A DNA stretch of 64,000 nucleotides from Candidatus Limnocylindrales bacterium (GCA_038204565.1 JBBRCU010000001.1:83844-147843); one strand, 5' to 3'; shown: positions 9,210 through 16,706, numbered from the stretch's first letter. Notes: generated by a model from the letters alone, not told the origin. Translations and numbers: made by a program.

Positions 9210-10066
9210 GACGGGTTCTTCAGCCGGTCGGCGGCGGAGTCGAGTCGATCCTCGAGGAAGTCGGCACTCGCGCCACCCTCGAGGAGGGCGATCCATTCAT
9301 CGAGCGTCGATCGGATCGTCCGGAGGGCGTCCGCGGTTGGCCCCCCGTTCGACGCGAGGATGCCGGCGCCCATCGCCGCGTCGCCTTGGGCGAGTCGGGT
9401 CATCCCGGCCCATCCGCCGGCGGCGAGCGTCGCGGCAACCGGCCACTCGGGTCGGGCCGCCGCGGCCTCGGCGAGGGCAACGGACAAGACGAGCGGCGCA
9501 TGGCTGATCAGCGCGGTCGCCGCGTCGTGAGCCGCCGCCGTGAGCCGGACAGGGCGCGCCCCGCACGTGGCGATGAGCTCGGCCACGCGGGCCTCGGCGT
9601 CATCATCGGCCGGGTCGGGCGGCACCAGCACCCAGGGCCGATCGCGGAACAGGTCCGGATCGGACGCGCCGTAGCCGGTCGCCTCGCGGCCGGCCATCGG
9701 ATGGCCCCCGACGAAGCGGAGGCCGGCCTTCCGAGCCCGGTCGACGATCGCGACCTTGGTGCTCACGACATCGGTCACGACCGTGTGGCTCGACAGGCTG
9801 CCGCGGTCGCCGCGAATTCCAACTGGTCGCTCGTCGCCGAGACGGTCGATCAACTCGAGGCAGACCAGCGCCGGCGCGGCGAGCACGACGAGGTCCGCCC
9901 CGGCGATCGCGGCCTCGAGCGTGGCGGCTGAGCGGATCCCATCCGGCTCGGCCGCCCGCGGCCCCACGCCGCTCAGGGTCCAGGCCCGGACGGCCATACC
10001 CGCGGCCGCGGCCGCCCGGGCGACGGAGCCGCCGATCTGACCCAGACCGAGCACTGCGACTTGCAC
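9206..10066 (-). CDS. tyrA: Prephenate dehydrogenase
   Basis: 286 aa with the NAD-binding site VAVLGLGQIGGS and the motif RFVGGHPMAGRE. Starts at GTG 10066. Confidence 0.85.
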   Translation of the reverse strand: MQVAVLGLGQIGGSVARAAAAAGMAVRAWTLSGVGPRAAEPDGIRSAATLEAAIAGADLVVLAAPALVCLELIDRLGDERPVGIRGDRGSLSSHTVVTDVVSTKVAIVDRARKAGLRFVGGHPMAGREATGYGASDPDLFRDRPWVLVPPDPADDDAEARVAELIATCGARPVRLTAAAHDAATALISHAPLVLSVALAEAAAARPEWPVAATLAAGGWAGMTRLAQGDAAMGAGILASNGGPTADALRTIRSTLDEWIALLEGGASADFLEDRLDSAADRLKNPS

Positions 10067-10097
10067 TTCACGAGTATGTCAGCCCGCTGACCGACGC

Positions 10098-10106
10098 TGC
10101 TATCCT
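10098..10106 (+). promoter_or_regulatory. Candidate extended -10 promoter (TGC-TATCCT) for the LuxR-type regulator
   Basis: TGnTAnnnT lies 45 nt upstream of GTG 10152. The same TGCTATCCTC string recurs at 54491-54500 upstream of the 54539 gene. Confidence 0.3.
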
Positions 10107-10151
10107 CGACGCGACGCAACGGTCGCCCGCGGCCGGTCGAGGGAGTGAATC

Positions 10152-10841
10152 GTGACGTCGGAGCCCAGGCGGATTCGGGTCCTCCTCGTCGAGGATCATC
10201 GACTCCTCGCGGACGCCCTCTCGGCGCTTGTCGCCAGGGAACCCGACATCGAGGTGGTCGGCGTCGCCGGCACCGTCGCTGACGCGAAGCTGATGGCGCG
10301 CGAACGCCTCGATGTCGTGCTGATGGACTACCGCCTCCCCGACGGGACCGGCGCGGAGGCGACTCGGGCGATCAAGGCGCGCTGGCCGGCCGCGAGGGTC
10401 GTCATGGTCACCGCGCTGACCGACGACGAAACCGTCCTCGAATCGATCCAGGCGGGCGCCGATGGCTACCTGACCAAGGATCGCGCCGCCGAGGATATCG
10501 TCCAGGCGATCCGGGCGGCCCACGCCGGCGAGACGCTCCTGCCGCGCTCGGTCATCATCGAGATCTCCCGGCGGGTCGCGGCCACGCGCGACCGCGGCGA
10601 CGAGCGTCGGATCGTCGAGCCCCTGACCCGACGCGAACTGGAAGTCCTCCGGGCGCTCACGGAGGGCCTCTCGACCCCCGAGATCTGCGATCAGCTGTTC
10701 ATCGCCCCCAACACGCTCCGCACGCACGTCCAGAACATCATGGGCAAGCTCCGGGTCCACTCGAAGCTCGAGGCGGTCGCCTTCGGGCTGCGGTATCGGC
10801 TCGTCGAGCCGCCCCGGCCCGAGGACGAAGCCCAGCCCTGA
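10152..10841 (+). CDS. NarL/LuxR-family response regulator (receiver + HTH)
   Basis: Receiver motifs LLVEDH and VLMDYRLPDG. LuxR HTH is LTRRELEVLRALTEGLSTPEICDQLFIAPNTLRTHVQNIMGKL. GGGAG SD lies 6 nt upstream of GTG 10152. Confidence 0.9.
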   Translation: MTSEPRRIRVLLVEDHRLLADALSALVAREPDIEVVGVAGTVADAKLMARERLDVVLMDYRLPDGTGAEATRAIKARWPAARVVMVTALTDDETVLESIQAGADGYLTKDRAAEDIVQAIRAAHAGETLLPRSVIIEISRRVAATRDRGDERRIVEPLTRRELEVLRALTEGLSTPEICDQLFIAPNTLRTHVQNIMGKLRVHSKLEAVAFGLRYRLVEPPRPEDEAQP

Positions 10842-10844
10842 AGG

Positions 10845-11093
10845 TCAGGTTCCGGCGGACTTGCGCCGACGACCGGTCCGGCGCTGCTCGACTCGGCGAT
10901 CGTTTGTCTCCGGCGGCCCGGGGTCGTCCGTCGGGTTCTGGCGCCGGAAATAGCTCCGTCGGTCGCTGTCGCGCCGTTCGCCAGCGAGGAACGACCCGCA
11001 ACGGGGGCAGCGCCGCTCCTCGGTGAAGAGCGATTCGATCGGCGCGACGGTGTAGATCTGGCGGCCACAGGTCCGGCAGGCGAGCTTGGGCAT
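10845..11093 (-). CDS. Small FmdB-like zinc-ribbon protein with a highly basic tail
   Basis: Start taken at ATG 11093: MPKLACRTCGRQ...(21 aa)...CPRCGS, i.e. CxxC...CPxCG. The C-terminal half is Arg-rich and looks disordered. No clear SD was found, so the start rests on the family pattern. Confidence 0.55.
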   Translation of the reverse strand: MPKLACRTCGRQIYTVAPIESLFTEERRCPRCGSFLAGERRDSDRRSYFRRQNPTDDPGPPETNDRRVEQRRTGRRRKSAGT

Positions 11094-11154
11094 TCGCGCA
11101 TGGTAGCCGAGGCCCCTGACCGTGCCGCCCGGCTGCCGAGCGTCGGCTCCTGCG

Positions 11155-11949
11155 TCAGGCCAGGTCCGTCGCCGCTCCCGACCGCTTTCGTCGTGACCAG
11201 CGACGGCGGACACCGGCCGACCGGGCCCGGATCGACGCCGCGAGGCCGCTGATCACAAGCGGCATGACGAGGACGATTCCGCTCGAAGTGCCGGACTGCT
11301 GGCCGTGACCGCGTTCCGCGCACGGTCGAGCGGGCGGTGGCACGGTCTTGTTGTGGCCTGGGGGTCCGCTGGAGTCGTCCGGGCAGGGTGGGCGCGGATG
11401 AACCTTGTCCTTATCCGAGGCGTGGTCCTTATCCGAGTCGTGGTCCTTATCCGAGTCGGGGGTCGGCGTGGGATGTGGCGTCGGATGGACCGTCGGGGCG
11501 GGCGTCGGATGGACCGTCGGGGCGGGCGTCGGATGGACCGTCGGGGGGCCAGGCGTGTCGGCGGGCGTGGGATGGACTGTCGGCCCGGGCGTCGGGACGA
11601 CCGCGACGAGTGGCGGCTCGGACGCGACCGGCGTCGCCAAGGGCTCGGACGCGATCGGCGACGCCAGGGGCCCGGTCGACGGGTTGTCCGACGGGGCGGT
11701 CGAGGGCCCCAGGGCCGTCGGCGTCGGTTCAACGGTCGGCCCGGCCGAACCCGTCCCCGGGCTGGCGGGGGTCTGCGACGGTGCCACGGCAATCGGACCG
11801 GTCGATGGCGAGGCGGTGTGGCCGCCGCCCGCGACACCACCGGGACTGAGGCTCGGAGCGACAACGCCTGCCGTCAGCGCCGCCGTCGCGAGGATGAGAT
11901 TCAGGAGTCCCATGGCGACAACCAGGCGTGCGCGCTGAGCGGTGGTCAC
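11155..11949 (-). CDS. Pro/Thr-rich repeat envelope protein with N- and C-terminal TM segments
   Basis: 264 aa. N-terminal helix is LVVAMGLLNLILATAALTAGVV. The P/T/S-rich body carries PTVHPTPA x4 and DSDKDH-type repeats. The C-terminal helix GIVLVMPLVISGLAASI is followed by an Arg-rich tail. Confidence 0.6.
   Translation of the reverse strand: MTTAQRARLVVAMGLLNLILATAALTAGVVAPSLSPGGVAGGGHTASPSTGPIAVAPSQTPASPGTGSAGPTVEPTPTALGPSTAPSDNPSTGPLASPIASEPLATPVASEPPLVAVVPTPGPTVHPTPADTPGPPTVHPTPAPTVHPTPAPTVHPTPHPTPTPDSDKDHDSDKDHASDKDKVHPRPPCPDDSSGPPGHNKTVPPPARPCAERGHGQQSGTSSGIVLVMPLVISGLAASIRARSAGVRRRWSRRKRSGAATDLA
11407..11460. repeat. 18-bp tandem repeat x3 inside the Pro/Thr-rich gene
   Basis: GTCCTTATCCGAG(G/T)CG(T/G)G at 11407-11424, 11425-11442 and 11443-11460. 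It encodes the DSDKDH units. Confidence 0.9.
11468..11590. repeat. 24-bp tandem repeat, about 4-5 copies, inside the Pro/Thr-rich gene
   Basis: GTCGGATGGACCGTCGGGGCGGGC is perfect at 11480-11503 and 11504-11527. Diverged copies lie at 11468-11479, 11528-11554 and 11567-11590. It encodes the PTVHPTPA units. Confidence 0.9.
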
Positions 11950-12073
11950 AACGTCGGTTGGGCTCCTGATGTCCGGCTCCAGGTCCGATGTCCGGACCTC
12001 CCGATGGTAGCACCGCGCACCCTCCCCGCGTCGCCGGACCCGGATCCCAGGGTCGTGACGGCCGACCGTCGTG

Positions 12074-12691
12074 TCAGCCGAGGAGCGTCGCCGCCCGGAC
12101 CACGTAGCGCGCCCGGCCCGAGCCGGTGATGCTCTCGAACAAGACGATCTGCTCGATCGGCGACTCGATCGCCAATTCGGCTGCGGCCGCGCGAAGGGCC
12201 GCGACCGTCGCCGGACCGGCTCGAACGCCGTCGGCGCGGGCGAGGGTCAGGTGGGCCCGGAAGGGCCGCCGCTCGCGCTCCCAGCCTGCCTCCGCCAGGG
12301 CGTCGTCGAGGTGCCCGGCCAAGGTCGCCAACTCGTCCAGGCCGCGGTCGAGGTCGAGCCACAGCGTTCGCGGGCGACCGACGGGCGGAAAGGCGTCAGC
12401 GCCGGCGATCCGGATCGTGAACGGCGCCATCGCCGCCGCGGTCGTCGCGACCGCGGCGGCCACATCTGCCACCCGCGTCTCCGTTGTCGGGCCCAGGAAG
12501 CGGAGGGTCACGTGGAGGCCGTCGAGCCGGACCCAGCGCACGCCGCGACCCTCGGGCTCGCCGGCTCGGATCGTCTCGACGACCGCGGCGACGGCTGCCC
12601 GCGCGGACTCGCTGAGCGGGACGGCGACGAAGAGCCGGGGCTCCTCGTTCAACCGCGCGGCTCGGCGGCGGAGGTCTGCTCTGCCCGCCAC
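12074..12691 (-). CDS. thpR: RNA 2',3'-cyclic phosphodiesterase (2H family, LigT/ThpR)
   Basis: Two HxT/S motifs, HVTLRFLG and HLTLAR. The start is uncertain: GTG 12691 overlaps ppa by 43 nt, whereas TTG 12652 would overlap the ppa stop as TTGA. Confidence 0.8.
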   Translation of the reverse strand: MAGRADLRRRAARLNEEPRLFVAVPLSESARAAVAAVVETIRAGEPEGRGVRWVRLDGLHVTLRFLGPTTETRVADVAAAVATTAAAMAPFTIRIAGADAFPPVGRPRTLWLDLDRGLDELATLAGHLDDALAEAGWERERRPFRAHLTLARADGVRAGPATVAALRAAAAELAIESPIEQIVLFESITGSGRARYVVRAATLLG

Positions 12692-13182
12692 GTCGCGCGA
12701 TCGGCGTCGAGGACCTGCCGTGCCCGGGCCGCGTCGCGCCAGCCGACCACGTCGGTCTCCTTCGCCTCGAGCATCTTGTACGTGTTGAAGAAGTGCTCGA
12801 TCTCGACCAGGCGATGCGGTCGAACGTGCTCCAGGTCCTCAACGTGAGCCTGGTGCGGATCGGCCACGGCAACACACAGCACCTTGAAGTCCTCGCCCTT
12901 GTCGTCGCGCATCTCGAGGCCACCGATCGGACGGGCCCAGACGCGGCAGCCGGGAAAGGTCGGCTCATCGATCAGCAGCAGGGCGTCGGTGTGGTCGCCG
13001 TCGCCGGCTCGGGTGTCGGTGATGAATCCGTAGTCGAAGTTGTAATGGACGGCCGATGCCAGGACTCGGTCGAGCCGGAAGACGCCGGCCGCCTCATCGA
13101 ACTCGTACTTGTTGCGGCTGCCGCGGGGGATCTCGACGACGACCTCGACAACGCCCGGGAAATCGTCCGGTCCGGGGGTCAC
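12649..13182 (-). CDS. ppa: Inorganic pyrophosphatase (family I)
   Basis: Start refined to GTG 13182. Core is VVEIPRGSRNKYEFD...DYGFITDT...DGDHTDALLL...DDKGEDFKVLCV. The 103-codon upstream extension in the ORF track has many A/T-ending codons and junk-like composition. Confidence 0.88.
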   Translation of the reverse strand: MTPGPDDFPGVVEVVVEIPRGSRNKYEFDEAAGVFRLDRVLASAVHYNFDYGFITDTRAGDGDHTDALLLIDEPTFPGCRVWARPIGGLEMRDDKGEDFKVLCVAVADPHQAHVEDLEHVRPHRLVEIEHFFNTYKMLEAKETDVVGWRDAARARQVLDADRATWRAEQTSAAEPRG

Positions 13183-13208
13183 GGCGCTTGCCTGTCGATC
13201 ATCCGGGG

Positions 13209-13214
13209 AGTGTA
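13209..13214 (-). promoter_or_regulatory. Candidate -10 box (TACACT) for ppa
   Basis: A TAnnnT hexamer lies about 26 nt upstream of GTG 13182. TTGACC lies 21 nt further up, which is too far for a classic -35. Confidence 0.3.
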
Positions 13215-13531
13215 GCCGTGGTCCCCGATGGCTGCGGTCAACGTTGGTCGCCGGACGGCGGGTCTGTCGGCGTGCCCAGGTCCATTGGGCGCATGGAAAC
13301 GCCCGAAGGAACCTACTGCCAAACGGGTTCGATCGTGGAAGCAGCCAGCCTTTGATGTGATCTCGGCCAGCAAGCCCCCGGACCGGCGGTTGCGGCGCGG
13401 CCGACCCTTGCGGATCGTCCGACCGGACCGGCGGCGTTGCGTGGGTCGCCCCTCGCCTCGCCTGTCCGTTTGCGTTGGCCCCTTCGGGCAAGACGAACCA
13501 TATGACGGGCCCTGGTGCCCCGCAACGGACT

Positions 13532-13574
13532 TGTCCACGAACTTCGCGCGGCCGGTCCGGAATCTGTCCACGAA
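13532..13574. promoter_or_regulatory. Two DnaA-box-like direct repeats (TGTCCACGAA x2, 33 bp apart)
   Basis: TTGTCCACG at 13531-13539 matches the high-GC DnaA box TTGTCCACA at 8/9 positions. CTGTCCACG at 13564-13572 matches at 7/9. Both are preceded by CGGA and followed by AA. Confidence 0.35.
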
Positions 13575-13640
13575 TCGCGACCGGCTGTTGACGGAATGTG
13601 GGAAACCTCGACCGTGCGATGTGCTACCGGCCGGGCAACC

Positions 13641-13667
13641 CGGTCTCGCCGGTCTCGCCGGTCCCGC
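13641..13667. repeat. 9-bp tandem repeat x3 (CGGTCTCGC, CGGTCTCGC, CGGTCCCGC) in non-coding DNA
   Basis: Read directly at 13641-13649, 13650-13658 and 13659-13667. Confidence 0.8.
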
Positions 13668-13908
13668 CGGGCGATCGGCCGAGTCGAGCGCGGAGGACGA
13701 CTGCCAACTGAGTCTGCGCGACATCGCGGCCGCGGGAGTCTGGGCGACTCAAACCGGGGGCTCATCACGGAGCGGATCGGCGCGGATCAGACCCGCCCAC
13801 GAAAGACCCACGGTCGCTGAGGCGCCAAATGCGTCCCAGGGACTCACGATTTCGGCCGAGTCGGCGCACCGCAGGGCAACGCCGCAAACGAGCGGTCCGG
13901 TCGCCCGA

Positions 13909-14982
13909 TCAGTCGTTGTAGAGGCGTTCCTCGATCAGCTTCTCCTGGACCGTCCGACCGTTCGGGTCGAAGCAGGAGAACTCGAAGTGCTTCTCGAACT
14001 CGAGGTCCACATTGTCCTGGCCGCCGCGGTTCTTCTCGACCGAGATCACGACCCAGTCGCGGAAGCGCTGCGCCTGGTACGGGTTGAACTCGATGTTGAC
14101 CTTGGCGACAATGTGGTACTTCTCGTTGAGGATCAGGATGATGTCGGCCTCGTAGTTGATGGCCGACGAGCCCCGGAGGTGGAAGTTGCGGAGGCGCGAC
14201 GCCTTGAGGCCTTCCTTGTCCGCCGCCACGATGCTGATCATCGGGACGTCCTCGGACAGCGCCACGTCCTTGAGCCCATTCACGACGTACGTGACCTTCT
14301 CGGTCTCGCTGTTCGGCTCGGGGATCTGGGGCACCTTCTGGAGATAGTCGACGAAGACGACGAGCCGGCGGTCGCCCGACAGGCGGCGATGCTCCTGGAC
14401 GAGCTTGCGGATGTTATCGACGGTGCTGGCCGTCTGCGATCCGCGGAGCAGGAACAGGTTCTGCCCGTAGCGTGCGATCCGGTCGAGCGACGGCCGGAGC
14501 CGCGGATTGCTCGCGAGCTGGGCGACCCCGCCACCCTCGGCCATCCAGGTCCCGAGGATCTCCTTGCGGACGTCCTGGATCTTGATCGCGCCGGTCTTGT
14601 GCGGGAGATGGGCGAGGGCCGATTCCATCGCGATCATCCGGTTGAGCAGGTACTGCTCGTCGTGTTCGAAGCAGATGTAGAGAACGTTGGCCTGACCGCC
14701 CGAGGCGATGTTGCGGGCCATCTGGAGGGCCATCGTCGTCTTGCCCGTACCCTGGGCGCCGCCGATCAGGAGGAGCTCCCCGGCGCGCAGGCCGGTCCCG
14801 ATCGTCTTGTCGAGCGGGGTGAAGCCCAACGGTACCGGCTGGTACTCGCTGACCCGGCCGGACGTGACCTTTTCGTTGAGATCGACGAGGACATCGAGGG
14901 CCGAGCGCGGCACCATGCTCCCCGTGTCGGCGTCGAGACGCCAGCTCTGGGATGGGGCAGTGGGTTCGGCGGTTTCGGTCAC
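13909..14982 (-). CDS. Stand-alone DnaB-C-terminal-domain (RecA-fold) ATPase
   Basis: 357 aa. PLGFTPLDKTIGTGLRAGELLLIGGAQGTGKTTMALQMA (Walker A), VVFVDYLQ (Walker B), ADIILIL and VEKNRGG resemble only the DnaB C-terminal domain. GTG 14982 has GGAGGA 9 nt upstream. Confidence 0.8.
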   Translation of the reverse strand: MTETAEPTAPSQSWRLDADTGSMVPRSALDVLVDLNEKVTSGRVSEYQPVPLGFTPLDKTIGTGLRAGELLLIGGAQGTGKTTMALQMARNIASGGQANVLYICFEHDEQYLLNRMIAMESALAHLPHKTGAIKIQDVRKEILGTWMAEGGGVAQLASNPRLRPSLDRIARYGQNLFLLRGSQTASTVDNIRKLVQEHRRLSGDRRLVVFVDYLQKVPQIPEPNSETEKVTYVVNGLKDVALSEDVPMISIVAADKEGLKASRLRNFHLRGSSAINYEADIILILNEKYHIVAKVNIEFNPYQAQRFRDWVVISVEKNRGGQDNVDLEFEKHFEFSCFDPNGRTVQEKLIEERLYND

Positions 14983-15001
14983 GCTAGCTCGTCCTCCCGG
15001 T

Positions 15002-15027
15002 CAACGAAGTCGTTGTGCATCGTAGCA
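15002..15027 (-). promoter_or_regulatory. Candidate extended -10 promoter (TGC-TACGAT) and 14-bp palindrome CAACGA-AG-TCGTTG upstream of the DnaB-like gene
   Basis: On the minus strand, TGCTACGAT occupies 15027-15019. The palindrome at 15002-15015 lies between the -10 box and the SD, where a repressor would block initiation. Confidence 0.4.
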
Positions 15028-15137
15028 CCGCCTTCGAGCGCGACTGCCGCCCGAAAGCCGTTGCTCGATGACCCAAAGGTCCTGCCCCGCGCTCGCGGCG
15101 ACGCCAGAACCTGGCCCGGACGGATGGGCGGCGGCGG

Positions 15138-16547
15138 TCAGGCGCGAAGCCCGACGACACCGACCGCGGCGACCTCGTCCCACATCCGGGCGATCGTCCG
15201 GATGCCGGTCTCGTAGTTGTCGAGATCCATCCACTCGTTCGGGGCGTGAGCGCGCTGGTCGGGCGGGTCGAACCCGAGGAGGACGACCGGCAGGTCGAGG
15301 ATCTCCTCGAACGTGGCGCAGACCGGAATGGAGCCGCCTTCCCGGATGTAGACCGGTTTCCGGCCGAACGTCGCCTCGAGGGCCCGCGCGGCCGCCTGGG
15401 TCGCGGGGTGGTCGATCGGGGTCAGGCTGGGACGGCCGCCGCCGAGTTTCCGGACGTCGACCCGGATCCCGGGCGGCGCGATTGCCAGGACATGAGCCCG
15501 GAACGCCTCGAAGATCCGGTCGGGATCCTGGTTGGCGACCAGCCGGCAGCTGACCTTGGCGTGGGCGTGGGCGGGGATGATCGTCTTGCTCCCCTCCCCC
15601 TGGAAGCCGCCCCACAAGCCGTTGACGTCGAGCGTCGGCCGGGCGCCGCGCCGCTCGAGGGTCGTATAGCCGTCCTCGCCGTGGAGGACGGGCAGGCCGA
15701 GCCGCTCCAGGTATCCGTCCTCGTCGAACGGCAGGTCGGCGACCAGTCGGCGCTCGTCCGCGGTGAGTTCGACGACGTCGTGGTAGAAGCCGGGTACCAG
15801 GATCCGCCCGTGCTCATCCTTGAGCCCGGCAATGATCCGGGCGAGGGCGTTGGCCGGATTCTCGACGGTGCCGCCGTAGCCTCCCGAGTGGAGGTCGACC
15901 GCGGTCCCGGTCACGTCGATCTGGGCATACATCATCCCCCGCAGGGCGATGGTGATCGACGGGATGTTGCCCTCGAAGAACCCGGTGTCGCTGATCAGGG
16001 CAAAGTCGGCGCCGAGACGATCGCGGTTCGCGGTGAGCCAGGCGTCGAGGTTGACCGAGCTCGACTCCTCCTCGCCCTCGAAGACGTACTTGACGTTCAC
16101 GGCCAGGCCGCCGCGCGTGGCGAGGAGCGCTTCGGCTGCCCGCAGGTGGAGGTGCAACTGACCCTTGTCATCGGCGACGCCTCGGCCGAGGATCCGGTTG
16201 TCGATCACGACCGGCTCGAACGGCGGCGAGGTCCAGAGGTCGAGCGGATCGACCGGCTGGACGTCGTAGTGGCAGTAGACGAGGACGGTTGGAGCGCCGT
16301 CGGCGTGGAGCCAGTCGGCGTAGACGACGGGATGGCCGCCGGTCTCGGCGACTTCGACGTGCTCCATGCCCATCCGCTCGAGGTCGGCCGCGATCCACTC
16401 CGCCGCCCGGCGGCAGTCGGCTGCATGCTCGGGCAGGGCCGAGATGCTGGGGATCCGAACGAAGTCCTTGTACGACTCGAGGCGCTCAGCCGCATGAGCA
16501 GCGAGAAAGTCCTCGAGGGCCTGGTCGGTCGCGGTGGTTGTCGTCAT
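15138..16547 (-). CDS. M20-family dipeptidase (ArgE/DapE/CPG2-like)
   Basis: 469 aa with VLVYCHYDVQPVDPLDLWTSPPFEP, GRGVADDKGQ and a dimerisation-domain insert. Starts at ATG 16547. Confidence 0.85.
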   Translation of the reverse strand: MTTTTATDQALEDFLAAHAAERLESYKDFVRIPSISALPEHAADCRRAAEWIAADLERMGMEHVEVAETGGHPVVYADWLHADGAPTVLVYCHYDVQPVDPLDLWTSPPFEPVVIDNRILGRGVADDKGQLHLHLRAAEALLATRGGLAVNVKYVFEGEEESSSVNLDAWLTANRDRLGADFALISDTGFFEGNIPSITIALRGMMYAQIDVTGTAVDLHSGGYGGTVENPANALARIIAGLKDEHGRILVPGFYHDVVELTADERRLVADLPFDEDGYLERLGLPVLHGEDGYTTLERRGARPTLDVNGLWGGFQGEGSKTIIPAHAHAKVSCRLVANQDPDRIFEAFRAHVLAIAPPGIRVDVRKLGGGRPSLTPIDHPATQAAARALEATFGRKPVYIREGGSIPVCATFEEILDLPVVLLGFDPPDQRAHAPNEWMDLDNYETGIRTIARMWDEVAAVGVVGLRA

Positions 16548-16553
16548 GGAACG

Positions 16554-16559
16554 ATGGTA
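16554..16559 (-). promoter_or_regulatory. -10 box TACCAT 6 nt upstream of ATG 16547 (leaderless-type start)
   Basis: The minus strand reads GATACCAT-CGTTCC-ATG with no SD. Confidence 0.4.
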
Positions 16560-16645
16560 TCGGCTGCGCAGATCAGCGGCGGCAGCTGGACTACCGGCGC
16601 CGAGGCGAGCTCGCGTGCAGCGGCAGCCCGAGCAGCCATGGCCCC

Positions 16646-16684
16646 GAAAACCAGCGACCCCGGGCCGTCGGCTCGGGGTCGCTG
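16646..16684 (-). terminator. Intrinsic terminator downstream of ftsH
   Basis: Perfect 11-bp stem CAGCGACCCCG / CGGGGTCGCTG (16652-16662 and 16674-16684) with an 11-nt loop. On the minus strand it is followed by GTTTTC. Confidence 0.6.
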
Positions 16685-16706
16685 TCGATTCTGGCTCGCC
16701 GGACGG

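Noticed and set aside
11407-11590. Tandem 18-bp and 24-bp repeats as a possible CRISPR-like or minisatellite non-coding array
   Set aside because: The repeats are contiguous with no spacers, are multiples of 3 bp, and lie in frame inside a coding ORF, where they encode DSDKDH and PTVHPTPA peptide repeats.
13337-13346. GGAAGCAGCC, identical to the conserved SRP (4.5S) RNA domain IV segment
   Set aside because: The flanking sequence lacks the GGUCCGGAAGG context and a GNRA tetraloop. I could not fold the neighbourhood into the long SRP hairpin, so this is likely a chance 10-mer.
13183-13908. Chromosomal replication origin (oriC), because of DnaA-box-like sites next to a DnaB-like gene
   Set aside because: There are only two good boxes, no AT-rich unwinding element and no dnaA/dnaN nearby. 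Gene orientation does not switch here (minus-strand genes dominate on both sides). The region is kept as an unexplained repeat-rich gap, not called an origin.
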